A stretch of DNA of 64,000 nucleotides from Candidatus Nomurabacteria bacterium. GTDB taxonomy: Bacteria > Patescibacteriota > Dojkabacteria > SC72 > JAHDCA01. How positions within the stretch are numbered: position 1 is the stretch's first letter; each line of letters starts with the position of its first letter. A model generated the notes under the pieces. That model saw only the letters and a list, made by a program, of their open reading frames with translations. It had not been told where the DNA came from and searched no databases. Position numbers and translations under genes: made by a program. Positions 48,856 to 59,407 of the stretch are shown in pieces. The stretch spans positions 226,009-290,008 of the forward strand of contig JACKFQ010000001.1 in assembly GCA_020632395.1 (NCBI GenBank). The letters run 5' to 3'.

Positions 48856-49003
48856 CTTCACAGACCGAGCTTCACAGACCGAGCTTCACAGACCGAGCTT
48901 CACAGACCGAGCTTCACAGACCGAGCTTCACAGACCGAGCTTCACAGACCGAGCTTCACAGACCGAGCTTCTCAGACCGAGCTTCTCAGACCGAGCTTCT
49001 CAT
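48856..49003. repeat. 14-bp tandem repeat array, ~10.5 copies (8x cttcacagaccgag, 2x cttctcagaccgag, 1 partial)
   Basis: Read directly; lies in the divergent murB/murA intergenic region; no unique spacers. Confidence 0.9.
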
Positions 49004-49211
49004 ATTGGTTCCCATACACTCAACCCTTTGAGTTCTCCCGATCTGGTCAGAGAGCTTCAACTTTTTTGCAGGATCCACAAGTATAAAAATTGTCAGGAAA
49101 TCTTAAGTATTTTTAATGATCAAAAATGTTACCTTTTTCAAATATTTCGGTATAATGAAAGTATAGGCTTATAGCCGACCTAGTCATTAAATTGTCACTA
49201 GAAATAACAAA

Positions 49212-50507
49212 ATGGCAAATTTGGTAGTACATGGAGGTATACCTCTATCTGGTGAAATTACACCATCAGGGTATAAGAATTCGATAGTAGTCATCATCGC
49301 CGCATCATTACTTACCGACCATCCTGTCATGATCAGCAATGTCCCTGATATTACTGATGTTCAGCGTTTGACGGATTACTTGATAAGTCTAGGCTCAAAG
49401 ATCGAATGGAACAAGGATGCTGAAACTTTAAGGATCGATAATTCCGGAATCCCTGAAACAGTTCTTTTAGGTGACTTCCCATCCACAATGGGAGCCTCTA
49501 ATCTACTTTTTCCCCCTTTGATACAAAGACTCAAGGATGTCACCTTTCCCCGTCGTATGAAAGGTTGCTCACTTGGTATCCGCGAACTTGATGATAGGCT
49601 GGATGTACTACAAGTTCTTGGAGCAAAATTAGATGCGACCGATGAGGATCTCAGGATCAGTATCGATGGCAGATTTAGAGGAGGCGATGTATGGCTCGAT
49701 TATCAAGGGGTAGGGGCAACCGAGAATTTCGTAATGGCAGCTGTCTTAGCAGATGGCGTCTCGACTTGTATCAACTCTGCTTCAGAACCTCAGGTAGAAG
49801 ATCTGTGTAAATTCCTTGTAACCCTCGGTGCACAGATCGAAGGTATTGGTACGAATAAGTTAAAGATCACAGGTGTTGGAGAATTAAGAGGAGGAGAATA
49901 CAGGATAACAGATGATTACTACGAAGTAGCTACCTTCCTAGCCTTAGGTGCGATGACAAATGGAGATATAAAAGTATATACAAAGAACAAGGAGTATTTT
50001 GGAATAATTAAAAAGAACTTCAAGAGATTAGGGGTAGAATTGGAAGACAAGGATAATTATTACAGGGTCACGCCTGGGCAAAGTATGGAAATACTACAAC
50101 CATTTACCACCAACTTCACTCCAAAGATCGAAGCTGCACCGTGGCCATATTTCCCTGTGGATCTAACACCTGTATTTGTTGCTTTATCAACAAGATCAAA
50201 AGGTACAACATTGCATTGGAATAAAGTTCACGAAGGACAACACCTATGGATAACCGAACTTATGAAGTTTGGTGCTCATGCGCTACTGGCCGATCCTCAT
50301 AGAATGCTGGTATTTGGTGATAAACCCACAAAACCCGCAGTTGTAGTCGCTCCAAACATTATCCGAGTTGCTGTTGCTCTTTATATGATGGCAGCAAGTA
50401 TTGAAGGTCAAAGTACAGTAAGGGATGCAGATACTATCAAACGTGCACATCCTCTCTTTGTACCAAACTTACAAAAATTAGGTGCAATAGTGGATTGGGA
50501 GATCTAA
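49212..50507 (+). CDS. murA: UDP-N-acetylglucosamine 1-carboxyvinyltransferase MurA
   Basis: N-terminal LVVHGGIPLSGEITPSGYKNS and EPSP-synthase-fold repeats. Confidence 0.9.
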   Translation: MANLVVHGGIPLSGEITPSGYKNSIVVIIAASLLTDHPVMISNVPDITDVQRLTDYLISLGSKIEWNKDAETLRIDNSGIPETVLLGDFPSTMGASNLLFPPLIQRLKDVTFPRRMKGCSLGIRELDDRLDVLQVLGAKLDATDEDLRISIDGRFRGGDVWLDYQGVGATENFVMAAVLADGVSTCINSASEPQVEDLCKFLVTLGAQIEGIGTNKLKITGVGELRGGEYRITDDYYEVATFLALGAMTNGDIKVYTKNKEYFGIIKKNFKRLGVELEDKDNYYRVTPGQSMEILQPFTTNFTPKIEAAPWPYFPVDLTPVFVALSTRSKGTTLHWNKVHEGQHLWITELMKFGAHALLADPHRMLVFGDKPTKPAVVVAPNIIRVAVALYMMAASIEGQSTVRDADTIKRAHPLFVPNLQKLGAIVDWEI

Positions 50508-50562
50508 CTAGCTTTGGTATGATACACTTCATTAAAAACTTGTAATTTTTCATTATGTACAT

Positions 50563-51591
50563 ATGAACGATGCTCTCATACAAACATTTCATTCACTTTT
50601 TATTGCATTTGTAATTTCTATACTTTTTGCACCTTTAATGATCCGCTACCTTTACAGATTCAACCAGGTAGCCGCACATAAAAAAACTAAGCTTGGTGGT
50701 GGTATTGAGGAAGACAACACTCTCTACCTTCGGATAATGAATGTATCTGGTAAGAATGGGATACCTAACATGGGAGGGATCATGGTCTGGGTAGTAGTTC
50801 CATTTACGATCCTCCTCACATTAGACTTGACTCCTCTTATTGTTGTATTGATCTGGTCTTTTGTTCTCTTTGGTGCATGGGGATTCCTTGATGTATTGTT
50901 CACGAATATGATCAAGAACAATCCCGACCTTAAGACTATTCAAGAACGATTTGGTGTGCGTTTATTACGCTTCTCTATAGCAGTCCTTATCAATATTGTG
51001 ATCACATATATGCTATGGAATAGTGGTGTACTCAAAGATCTATCACTAGGTATGATCTCAATATCATTCTCCCTGGTGATGGTGCCTGTACTGGCTATCC
51101 TAGGTCAATTCGCAATATATGCATCTGAACTGACCGATGGACTAGATGGATTGATGATCGGGATATTCGGGATAATCTATACAGCATTAGGATCAATGTT
51201 GCTGATCCAGGGGAAATATGAGCTTCTTCCCGTAATTGGGATCATCATTGGAGTGATACTTGTCGACCTATATTTCAATATCAACCCTGCAAGATTTTAC
51301 AACGGTGGCCCTAGCGCTATGCCTCTAGGTCTAGTTGCTTTTCTGATAGGATTAGCAACAAACAATCTAATACCGTATTTTGTTGCTTCTTCTATAACAT
51401 GGGTAATACTGGCATCTAGCATGATACAGATAATCAGTATGAGATTCTTTAAGCGGAGAGTTTTCAAAATGGCACCGTTACATCACCATTTCCAAACCAT
51501 CGGTTGGCCAGAGACAAAGGTCACTATGCGATTCTGGTTGGTAACGATGGTTTTTTCTGTTATCGGGATATATCTATCGATAGTACTATAA
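50563..51591 (+). CDS. mraY: phospho-N-acetylmuramoyl-pentapeptide transferase MraY
   Basis: ASELTDGLDGLMIG and intact C-terminal MAPLHHHFQTIGW motif. Confidence 0.8.
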   Translation: MNDALIQTFHSLFIAFVISILFAPLMIRYLYRFNQVAAHKKTKLGGGIEEDNTLYLRIMNVSGKNGIPNMGGIMVWVVVPFTILLTLDLTPLIVVLIWSFVLFGAWGFLDVLFTNMIKNNPDLKTIQERFGVRLLRFSIAVLINIVITYMLWNSGVLKDLSLGMISISFSLVMVPVLAILGQFAIYASELTDGLDGLMIGIFGIIYTALGSMLLIQGKYELLPVIGIIIGVILVDLYFNINPARFYNGGPSAMPLGLVAFLIGLATNNLIPYFVASSITWVILASSMIQIISMRFFKRRVFKMAPLHHHFQTIGWPETKVTMRFWLVTMVFSVIGIYLSIVL

Positions 51592-51825
51592 ACAGAGCGG
51601 TCTTTTTCTCAATCCACTTAGGAGACTTTGATATAAGCATTCGATCTGGCTTTCACGTTGACTATAGGGTCACTATATCTAATAGTAAAGCTCGTAAAGA
51701 GGATAAAACCCTGAAAATTCACACTACAAGACAATCACTATTTTGACATAGATTTAACTTGCGTGCTACTTTGTTAGTGGTGATTGGTGGCACTGAGTGG
51801 TGATTTCTGATATGCTCATTGTAAT

Positions 51826-52263
51826 ATGCTAATCGGAGAATATACAAGTAGGGTAGGAGAGAAGAAAAGAGTTGCCATTCCCAAAAAATTGCGTGGACAG
51901 CTTGGCGACGGGCTGATCCTGACCAGAGGATACGAACACTCACTTGTCTTGGTCGATCAGACAAGATGGGAGATCATCGCAAAAGAGGTGATCGACGGCT
52001 CATTTATAAACAAAGATATCCGTGACACCACGAGATTTCTAGTCGGAAGTGCCGTAGAAATATCTCCAGACCCCCAAGGAAGGGTGGTGATACCCGATAA
52101 TCTTTTTAGATATGCTCAGATCGAATCTGAGATCGTATTTATCGGATTGGTTAATTGGGTAGAGATCTGGGATAGATCAAAATGGGAGGAACGATTAGTA
52201 TATTTGGATCAACACAGTTCGGAGATAGCAGATAGTTTAGGGCGGAAAGGTAAAGATGAGTGA
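51826..52263 (+). CDS. mraZ: transcriptional regulator MraZ
   Basis: Duplicated MraZ half-domains (YTSRVGEKKRVAIPKKLR ...). Confidence 0.85.
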   Translation: MLIGEYTSRVGEKKRVAIPKKLRGQLGDGLILTRGYEHSLVLVDQTRWEIIAKEVIDGSFINKDIRDTTRFLVGSAVEISPDPQGRVVIPDNLFRYAQIESEIVFIGLVNWVEIWDRSKWEERLVYLDQHSSEIADSLGRKGKDE

Positions 52264-53128
52264 AAATTATCATATTCCTGTACTACTTTCCGAATCCATC
52301 GAGTTTTTGATCACCGATATTGATGGTGTATATGTCGATTGTACACTCGGTGAAGGTGGACATAGCAAAGCAATACTAGAAAAGTTATCCCCAAACGGAC
52401 GACTGATAAGTTTGGATCAAGATCCTGAGGCTATAGAGTTTGTTAACAGACACATCAATATCCCAAAAGATCCCAGATGGAAGATAGTCAACAAGAACTT
52501 CGAAAAAATATCAGAAGAGGTTGCCGATGGATCGGCTACAGGAATTCTGATGGATATAGGATTCTCATCACGACAGATCGATATTCCAGGGAGAGGGTTC
52601 AGTTTTCATAATGGATCAGACCCTTTGGATATGCGAATGAGTGATAAGACAGGTGTCACAGCGAGTGATCTATTAAACGCATTAGACAAGAAACAACTAG
52701 CCAGGCTGTTCTTCATGTATGGAGAGGAAAGGCGCTCGAATCGGATAGCTGAGGAGATCAAACGATCTATACCAATAAATACTGTTGAGGAATTAAACCA
52801 AGCAGTGAACAGAGCGTTGCCGGCAGCAACCGCCAAAGAAGCTATCCGTAGAGTGTATCAAGCATTGAGGATCGCAGTAAACGATGAACTTCATGTGCTT
52901 GAGGACTCCATTGGACCCGCATTTTCATGCCTACGGTCGAACGGCAGGTTAGTTATCATCACATTTCATTCGCTAGAGGATAGGATCGTGAAAAGATCCT
53001 TCAGATCACTTGTTCAGAGTGGCAAAGGCATATTACTTACAAAAAAGCCAATGACACCTTCTGACAGAGAGTTGGAAACCAATCCAAGATCTCATAGTGC
53101 AAAAATGAGGGTGATAGAAAAGATCTAG
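52256..53128 (+). CDS. rsmH: 16S rRNA (cytosine1402-N4)-methyltransferase RsmH/MraW
   Basis: HIPVLL...DCTLGEGGHS SAM-binding motif. Confidence 0.9.
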   Translation: MSENYHIPVLLSESIEFLITDIDGVYVDCTLGEGGHSKAILEKLSPNGRLISLDQDPEAIEFVNRHINIPKDPRWKIVNKNFEKISEEVADGSATGILMDIGFSSRQIDIPGRGFSFHNGSDPLDMRMSDKTGVTASDLLNALDKKQLARLFFMYGEERRSNRIAEEIKRSIPINTVEELNQAVNRALPAATAKEAIRRVYQALRIAVNDELHVLEDSIGPAFSCLRSNGRLVIITFHSLEDRIVKRSFRSLVQSGKGILLTKKPMTPSDRELETNPRSHSAKMRVIEKI

Positions 53129-53150
53129 TTCGAATCCCATTATTATCCAA

Positions 53151-53585
53151 ATGAGAATAGAAGCGAGTAAGTTGATTGATACCTTCCCGATCAACTTACC
53201 CACTTCTGCTTTTATTGGACAATTGATAGAAATGAACAAATATAAACGATTGATACGAAATTTAATAAACAAGAATCAACCTTCGAGTAAGCTTCCTGAC
53301 CTTGAAGCGATCGTACGGATCGTATTTCTACTAAGCTTCTTGTTTTTCCTGGTATCACAGCTCTATACAAACGCAAAGTTAAGTCCTCTCGGTAGGGATC
53401 TACAGACACTAAACACAGAAAAGGATCTTTTAATTGAAGATAACAGATTGCTTGAACAGGAGATCGCAAAAGATAATTCGTTGATCATCATTAGAGAATA
53501 TTCAGAGAAGCAGTTCAATATCAGCTCTAAGGCTGATTATGATACGCTCTTTGTGACCGACGCGTCGATACAGGCATTAAGATGA
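53151..53585 (+). CDS. ftsL: FtsL-like small bitopic division protein
   Basis: Single TM followed by a coiled-coil; located between rsmH and ftsI. Confidence 0.45.
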   Translation: MRIEASKLIDTFPINLPTSAFIGQLIEMNKYKRLIRNLINKNQPSSKLPDLEAIVRIVFLLSFLFFLVSQLYTNAKLSPLGRDLQTLNTEKDLLIEDNRLLEQEIAKDNSLIIIREYSEKQFNISSKADYDTLFVTDASIQALR

Positions 53586-53603
53586 CCCATATCCACTGCC
53601 AAT

Positions 53604-55424
53604 ATGACTTTTAAAGCTGACCGAAAACGCCAGAAACCTCAGGAAAATGGTGAAAAGCTATTCACTATCTCAACCGCGATCATTTATGCTGGTTTGACGA
53701 TATTTGCGATTGGGATAATCTTACAAATGAGCCGATGGCAGATCATAAATGGTGAATATTTCAAAGCCCTAGCTCAATCCCAATACATTGATTCTGATCG
53801 CCAAGCCTCTGCAAGAGGTATGATATATGCGTCAGATGATACGATACTAGCAACTGACCAACCATCGTGGGACATCTATATATCCTTAAGCACTATCGAA
53901 AACGAACGAACCGAATTCTTTGCAGAAAAGGATAAATTTGTTGCCGCCGTCGCAGGGATCTTACAATTAGACAAAGAAAGTGTTTCAGAGAAGATAACAG
54001 ATGATATAAGATTTGTCCCTATCGCTAAGGATGTAGATACACAAACAAAAAAAGCCCTTGAGGAAACTCAAATATTTACGAAAAAGTCTCCGGGATTCGG
54101 CTTATATTTTATACAAGGAGAAAAGCGTGTATACCCAAATGGAACTCTAGCCTCACATATACTAGGCTTCATGGGACAAGACGAAAACGGAGAGGAAAAG
54201 GGTGTTTATGGCATCGAGGGATACTATTATGGAGATCTGATCGGAGCTGAAGGATTTACCTACGAAGAGAAAGATGCTTTGGGCAATGTGATTCTCACAT
54301 CAGAATATGAGCCTGTACTACCTCGCAGGGGTAAAGATATCAAACTGACGATAGTACCTTCGATCCAGACCAAAGTCGAAGAGGTGCTAAAGGAGGGCGT
54401 GACAAAATATCAGGCGAAAAGTGGTAGCACGATCGTGATGGATCCAACAACAGGTGCCATCCTTGCTATTGCAAATTACCCAAATTACAACCCAAATGAG
54501 TATTGGAGAACACAAGAGCCGTGGATATTCAGCAACAAGGCTGTCTCTGATGTATACGAACCCGGTTCGATCTTCAAACCGATCACAGTAGCGATCGGAC
54601 TGGAGACAGGATCGATAACACCAGAGACTGTCTGTGATGATCTGACTGGTTATTTCACAATGTATGAAGGTAGAACAGATGAGGTGAAGATCCGTACTTG
54701 GGATGGTATGCCAGACGGTTCGATAACACCAGAACAATATCTACAGTATTCCAACAATCCATGCATTGCACAAACAGCCTTGAAAGTAGGATTAGAGAAG
54801 TATTATCCGTTAATGACACAATTTGGAATAGGTGAATATATTGGACTTGGACTACAAGAAGAAAGTAACAGCTATCTCAAACCACAAAAGGATTGGATCG
54901 AACTCGATCTAGCAGTGACATCATTTGGTCAATCTGTTGCTTCATCACCTATGCAAATGATCTCAGCCCTAAGTACCATAGCGAATCATGGAGTTAGAAT
55001 GAAACCGTATCTCGTCTCATCAGTGATCGATGAGGATGAGACAATTGAGTTCGAACCACAACAAATAGCAAATCCCATAAGTGCTGAAACTGCCGATACT
55101 GTAGCAGCGATGCTTCGATCTGTAGTAAGGAAGGGGGATGGATCAGCTATCTTTGCACAATATCTCCCGGATTATGATGTCGCTGGTAAAACCGGAACAG
55201 CACAGATCCCTTATAAAGATCGAGCCGGATATTATGATGACAGGATAAACACAACATTTGTTGGCTTCGCACCAGTCGATGATCCACATATGATCATGCT
55301 AATTAGGCTCGAAGAACCCGGTTTGGGACAGTATGCTGCAACAACAGTAGTACCTGTCTGGATAGATACTTTCAACAAGATCGCAGGCGATCTACAGATC
55401 CCAAAGCAGATAGTTCCAAATTAG
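53604..55424 (+). CDS. ftsI: class B penicillin-binding protein / FtsI transpeptidase
   Basis: SxxK (GSIFKPIT), SxN (YSNN) and KTGT (AGKTGTAQ) motifs; N-terminal TM anchor. Confidence 0.85.
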   Translation: MTFKADRKRQKPQENGEKLFTISTAIIYAGLTIFAIGIILQMSRWQIINGEYFKALAQSQYIDSDRQASARGMIYASDDTILATDQPSWDIYISLSTIENERTEFFAEKDKFVAAVAGILQLDKESVSEKITDDIRFVPIAKDVDTQTKKALEETQIFTKKSPGFGLYFIQGEKRVYPNGTLASHILGFMGQDENGEEKGVYGIEGYYYGDLIGAEGFTYEEKDALGNVILTSEYEPVLPRRGKDIKLTIVPSIQTKVEEVLKEGVTKYQAKSGSTIVMDPTTGAILAIANYPNYNPNEYWRTQEPWIFSNKAVSDVYEPGSIFKPITVAIGLETGSITPETVCDDLTGYFTMYEGRTDEVKIRTWDGMPDGSITPEQYLQYSNNPCIAQTALKVGLEKYYPLMTQFGIGEYIGLGLQEESNSYLKPQKDWIELDLAVTSFGQSVASSPMQMISALSTIANHGVRMKPYLVSSVIDEDETIEFEPQQIANPISAETADTVAAMLRSVVRKGDGSAIFAQYLPDYDVAGKTGTAQIPYKDRAGYYDDRINTTFVGFAPVDDPHMIMLIRLEEPGLGQYAATTVVPVWIDTFNKIAGDLQIPKQIVPN

Positions 55425-56140
55425 GGGTATTTACTCAGTTTGATGTATTGAAAAGTACGACCGATTTCTTCCCACTTCTTGTAGTAGTGCGTTTCGATCA
55501 GATTGAGCAGTTTGGGACTATAAACTCCCTTTTCAATTTTACAATCTACCCTGTACGTAGCAAATTTGCTTACCTCCGCATCTACAAAACCATAGTACTC
55601 ATCCCAATCAGTGACAAAGAGTATTTCGCCTCCTTCTTGTAAAACCGACCAGATAGAATACAACCATCTACTCGTGATCGGTCTTCGTTTATGATGTCTT
55701 TTCTTGTGCCACGGGTCGGGAAACAAAATATAGATCTTGGACACAGTGTTTTTGTCGAACAATTTTGATATAAACGGATACGCATCTGCTTTATAGACCA
55801 ATGCGTTAGACTGATCTTTGATCTTCTTCTCAGTCCTACGAGTATATTCACTCGATATCTCAAAACCAATAGATACAGCATCTTCATTGACAGTGGCAAG
55901 ATGATGTAAAAGCTCACCATGACCAGAACCAATCTCGACCAATATCCTTTTGGTATCAAAATACCTATCCCACCTTACTGGATAGGGTAGACGATCTACA
56001 CCAAACGAGCCTACTATCCGAGGATCTATCTGCCAAAATATCGATCTTACTTTTTTGATGAAGATAGAGATACTTTTAGTAAGAATCTTGTATGATAGAT
56101 AACTATACTTCTTTATTTGATGTTGCATTACCTGTAACAT
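55421..56140 (-). CDS. trmB: tRNA (guanine46-N7)-methyltransferase TrmB
   Basis: EIGSGHGELL SAM motif and FPDPWHKKRHHKRR. Confidence 0.8.
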   Translation of the reverse strand: MLQVMQHQIKKYSYLSYKILTKSISIFIKKVRSIFWQIDPRIVGSFGVDRLPYPVRWDRYFDTKRILVEIGSGHGELLHHLATVNEDAVSIGFEISSEYTRRTEKKIKDQSNALVYKADAYPFISKLFDKNTVSKIYILFPDPWHKKRHHKRRPITSRWLYSIWSVLQEGGEILFVTDWDEYYGFVDAEVSKFATYRVDCKIEKGVYSPKLLNLIETHYYKKWEEIGRTFQYIKLSKYP

Positions 56141-57387
56141 TCTACAAATTGAAAACTCGCAATCTTACCACAATTATATTATTGATCCTCGCACTACTCA
56201 CTGTCGTGGGCATATTTTACTATGATTACACTATCAGAACCAATTCATCAACGGAAATTAAAGAAGACGACATAGAAAGTATCAAGCAACTATATACCAA
56301 CGACCAAAGAGAAGAACAACCCATACAATCACCAGACGAGAGTGATCAAGCATCTGATCGATCACCCGATAAATTACCCCAAGTAGAGCCGAAACCAGAT
56401 ACAAACATATCACAACCTGAGCCAATACAGAGCGGAGATCAACTCAAGTATACTGCCTGGATACCTTCATGGGGTCACACTGCCGGAGTTGCATCATTAC
56501 AGAAACAGCCAGAGATATTCGGATCCATATCTCCAGTTTGGTATTCTCCGACACCTGACGGCTCACTTGATATCAAATTCCCCAGTGGGTACAAAACATT
56601 CCTACAGTTCTGTAAAGACAATGATATACGCGTCATACCCTCCATCGCTATGTTCGATGCGGAAGTATTAACCCAGATCCTGAATAGCAATACAAACTTC
56701 TCAAGACATATCAACCAGATCATCGACCAGGTCGCTATTAATGATTTTGACGGGATAGACATCGATTATGAGATGATCTATCTATCCGACAAAGATCGAT
56801 TTCTCACTTTTGTAGACGAGCTTAGTACTCGCTTGCAAAAAGACAACAAGATCCTATCAATAACTATCCTGGCACAATGGGGAGACAATGTGATATACCC
56901 TTCATTGAAAGAAACACGTGCAGTTCAAGAACTCGAACTGATAGGCAAGCTTGCTGATGAGGTTAGGATCATGACATACGATTACACACCGAACAGTTCA
57001 CGCGAACCAGGACCTATTGCCCCGATCGATTGGATGGAAAATGTACTGAAATACACCGTGACAAAGATCCCGTCAGAAAAGATATGGCTTGGCACACACC
57101 TATATGGATACGAATGGATCTCAACAGGTGGGGTAAGTGCGACAACATTTTCTGATCTATCACAATTACGATCGATAGAGGACTTCCAAGTCACCCATAA
57201 CTATACATACAATGAGGGTGTTGCAAATTATACTTGTGCGACAGACCTCAAATGTACATTATTCTTTCAAGACCAGAAAGGTATCGAAGCCAGAAGATCA
57301 CTAGCAGAGAAGTATCAAATTGCTGGATTGGCATTTTGGAGATTGGGAGATGAAGCGGATCTCTTGACACCACTACTTTCCGATTGA
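56092..57387 (+). CDS. membrane-anchored glycoside hydrolase family 18 (chitinase-like / YaaH-type) protein
   Basis: N-terminal TM; FDGIDIDYE catalytic DxxDxDxE motif. Confidence 0.6.
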   Translation: MIDNYTSLFDVALPVTFYKLKTRNLTTIILLILALLTVVGIFYYDYTIRTNSSTEIKEDDIESIKQLYTNDQREEQPIQSPDESDQASDRSPDKLPQVEPKPDTNISQPEPIQSGDQLKYTAWIPSWGHTAGVASLQKQPEIFGSISPVWYSPTPDGSLDIKFPSGYKTFLQFCKDNDIRVIPSIAMFDAEVLTQILNSNTNFSRHINQIIDQVAINDFDGIDIDYEMIYLSDKDRFLTFVDELSTRLQKDNKILSITILAQWGDNVIYPSLKETRAVQELELIGKLADEVRIMTYDYTPNSSREPGPIAPIDWMENVLKYTVTKIPSEKIWLGTHLYGYEWISTGGVSATTFSDLSQLRSIEDFQVTHNYTYNEGVANYTCATDLKCTLFFQDQKGIEARRSLAEKYQIAGLAFWRLGDEADLLTPLLSD

Positions 57388-57633
57388 GGCATTTATGAAT
57401 TCCAATAGGGGCGCGATCACAGGGATATCACCTATCTGTCGTATCAATCTATCGATCAAGATGATCATTATCGCAAAGATCAGTGTTGCTCCGACAGCAG
57501 AACCTAATCCAGAATACACACCTTTGATAAACTGATATCTAAGCGATGTAAGCTTCTCCAACGATCTATTCAGAGTATTTATCTGATCTTGCAGTTGATC
57601 TTTCTTATCGATCTTCTGATCTGGTTCTTTCAT
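57373..57633 (-). CDS. small hypothetical membrane protein
   Basis: 86-aa ORF with a C-terminal TM helix. Confidence 0.3.
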   Translation of the reverse strand: MKEPDQKIDKKDQLQDQINTLNRSLEKLTSLRYQFIKGVYSGLGSAVGATLIFAIMIILIDRLIRQIGDIPVIAPLLEFINASIGK

Positions 57634-57647
57634 GATCTCACAGAGAT

Positions 57648-58574
57648 TTGATGTTTAAGTTAAGATATAATAACAGAAATATTAGTTTGGGAAATAGTAT
57701 GTACGATTCACACACACACATATCCTCAGAGGAATTGGTAAGTGACATTGATAGATTAGTCAGAAGATTTATAGAAGTAGGAGGGAAGGGGATCCTCAAT
57801 GTAGGCTATGACCCCGAAACATCATTCGAGTCTGTAGAATACACCCGAAAGAATCTGACTCGAAAAGATATCCTAATACGATCCGCAGTTGGATTACACC
57901 CTACATTGATAGGTGAGCATTCTCCATACTCCAAACCCCTGAAAAGTCTTACATCTGCAACTCATATGTTCAAGATGATAAATTCGCTTCTAGAAAGAAA
58001 TAGAAGATATATTATTGCAATAGGTGAAACTGGTCTTGATTACTTTCACCTAGATACTACAGATCAATATTCGCTTGTTGAAAAAAGCGAGATCAAACAG
58101 CTTCAAAAACAGTTATTCAGAGACCATGTCCACCTTGCTTTGGAACATGATCTCCCGATCACGATCCACACAAGAGATGTTGCAGAGTCGACTGAATGTA
58201 TCACTGATGCTCTTGAGATATGTGCTGAGGTGGGGATGGGTAATCTGACCGGATCATTTCACAGTTATACTGGAAATAAGGAGTTTTCATCAGATATCAC
58301 CAACTTAGGCTTTGCTATTGGTGTAAATGCGATAATCACATACAGATCTGGTGAAAGCGTAAGAGATATGATCCATAGCCTGCCGATCGAAAACATCCTA
58401 TTAGAAACTGATGCTCCATATCTCCCGATACGAGGTAAAAAACCAAGGAGCGTTTATGGAGAACCTGCTGATCTGACTGAGATAGCGAAAGCTGTCAGTG
58501 AAGTTACCAAAACACCTTTAGATAAAGTCATCCTTCAGACCTCAGAGAATTTTGAGAAGATCTTTAGGATATAA
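57648..58574 (+). CDS. tatD: TatD-family metal-dependent hydrolase (true start probably MYDSHTH, ~57699)
   Basis: DSHTHI and GETGLDYFH motifs. Confidence 0.8.
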   Translation: MMFKLRYNNRNISLGNSMYDSHTHISSEELVSDIDRLVRRFIEVGGKGILNVGYDPETSFESVEYTRKNLTRKDILIRSAVGLHPTLIGEHSPYSKPLKSLTSATHMFKMINSLLERNRRYIIAIGETGLDYFHLDTTDQYSLVEKSEIKQLQKQLFRDHVHLALEHDLPITIHTRDVAESTECITDALEICAEVGMGNLTGSFHSYTGNKEFSSDITNLGFAIGVNAIITYRSGESVRDMIHSLPIENILLETDAPYLPIRGKKPRSVYGEPADLTEIAKAVSEVTKTPLDKVILQTSENFEKIFRI

Positions 58575-58723
58575 CGATACATCAAGATCATACCGAAAGA
58601 TCATACCGATAACTCCGGAACTGATCATTTCATAAGTTCATGTAATAGCAACAGAATTTGAAGTGGATCACAGTGGTATGAACCAACTTTTACATGGAGT
58701 AAATATTGATCTCTATCGAGTAA

Positions 58724-59407
58724 TTATGTATTGAACCCAGCTTTTGCAATGCAGACAACGTATTCACCTTTGAGATCTTTTTCTTTTAGGGATTCATATA
58801 GCTCGTTTGCGGTACCAAACATTACTTTTTCGTGAAGCTTGGTTAGATCTTTACATATCACCACTATACGTTCCTGATCTATGGTCACTATCTCCTGAAG
58901 CAACTTTATCACACGATAGGGTGATTCGAACAAGACTACTGTAGCTTCATGTTCCATATGATCGGTCAACATCCGGATACGTGCAGAAGGTTTTTTTGGA
59001 AGAAATCCTAGGAAGAAGAATCTATCTGTTGGAATTCCCGAAATTGAAAGTGCCGCAATAACTGAACTCGCCCCAGGTATCGCAACAACATCAATACCAT
59101 CATGACGAAAGGCTCTTATCAGTTTGAAACCGGGATCACTGATCAAAGGTGTTCCGGCATCAGACACTAATGCGATATTCGATCCTGACTTTACAGAATG
59201 TAGTATATCTGAGTAAACACGATCATGATTCTGATCTCGATAGGATAGTAAAGGTACATTTATCGAATAATGATCTAACAATTTCTTGGTATGACGAGTA
59301 TCTTCAGCAAGTATGATATCGACCTCCTTCAGAGTTTCTATAGCTCGTACAGTTAGATCACCCAAATTCCCTATAGGAGTCGCTACTACATAACATTTTC
59401 CTTCCAT
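58724..59407 (-). CDS. rsmI: 16S rRNA 2'-O-ribose C1402 methyltransferase RsmI
   Basis: YVVATPIGNLGDLTVRAIETLKEVDIILAEDTR (tetrapyrrole-methylase fold). Confidence 0.85.
   Translation of the reverse strand: MEGKCYVVATPIGNLGDLTVRAIETLKEVDIILAEDTRHTKKLLDHYSINVPLLSYRDQNHDRVYSDILHSVKSGSNIALVSDAGTPLISDPGFKLIRAFRHDGIDVVAIPGASSVIAALSISGIPTDRFFFLGFLPKKPSARIRMLTDHMEHEATVVLFESPYRVIKLLQEIVTIDQERIVVICKDLTKLHEKVMFGTANELYESLKEKDLKGEYVVCIAKAGFNT

Noticed and set aside
48856-49003. CRISPR array
   Set aside because: The repeats are contiguous with no unique spacers; the unit length (14 bp) is far too short.
48559-49086. ORFs 48559-49086 and 48831-49031 encoding ELHRPSFTDRASQT-repeat proteins
   Set aside because: They are translations of the 14-bp tandem repeat. 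14 is not a multiple of 3, so a 42-bp pseudo-periodicity arises. They lie in the murB/murA promoter region with no RBS.
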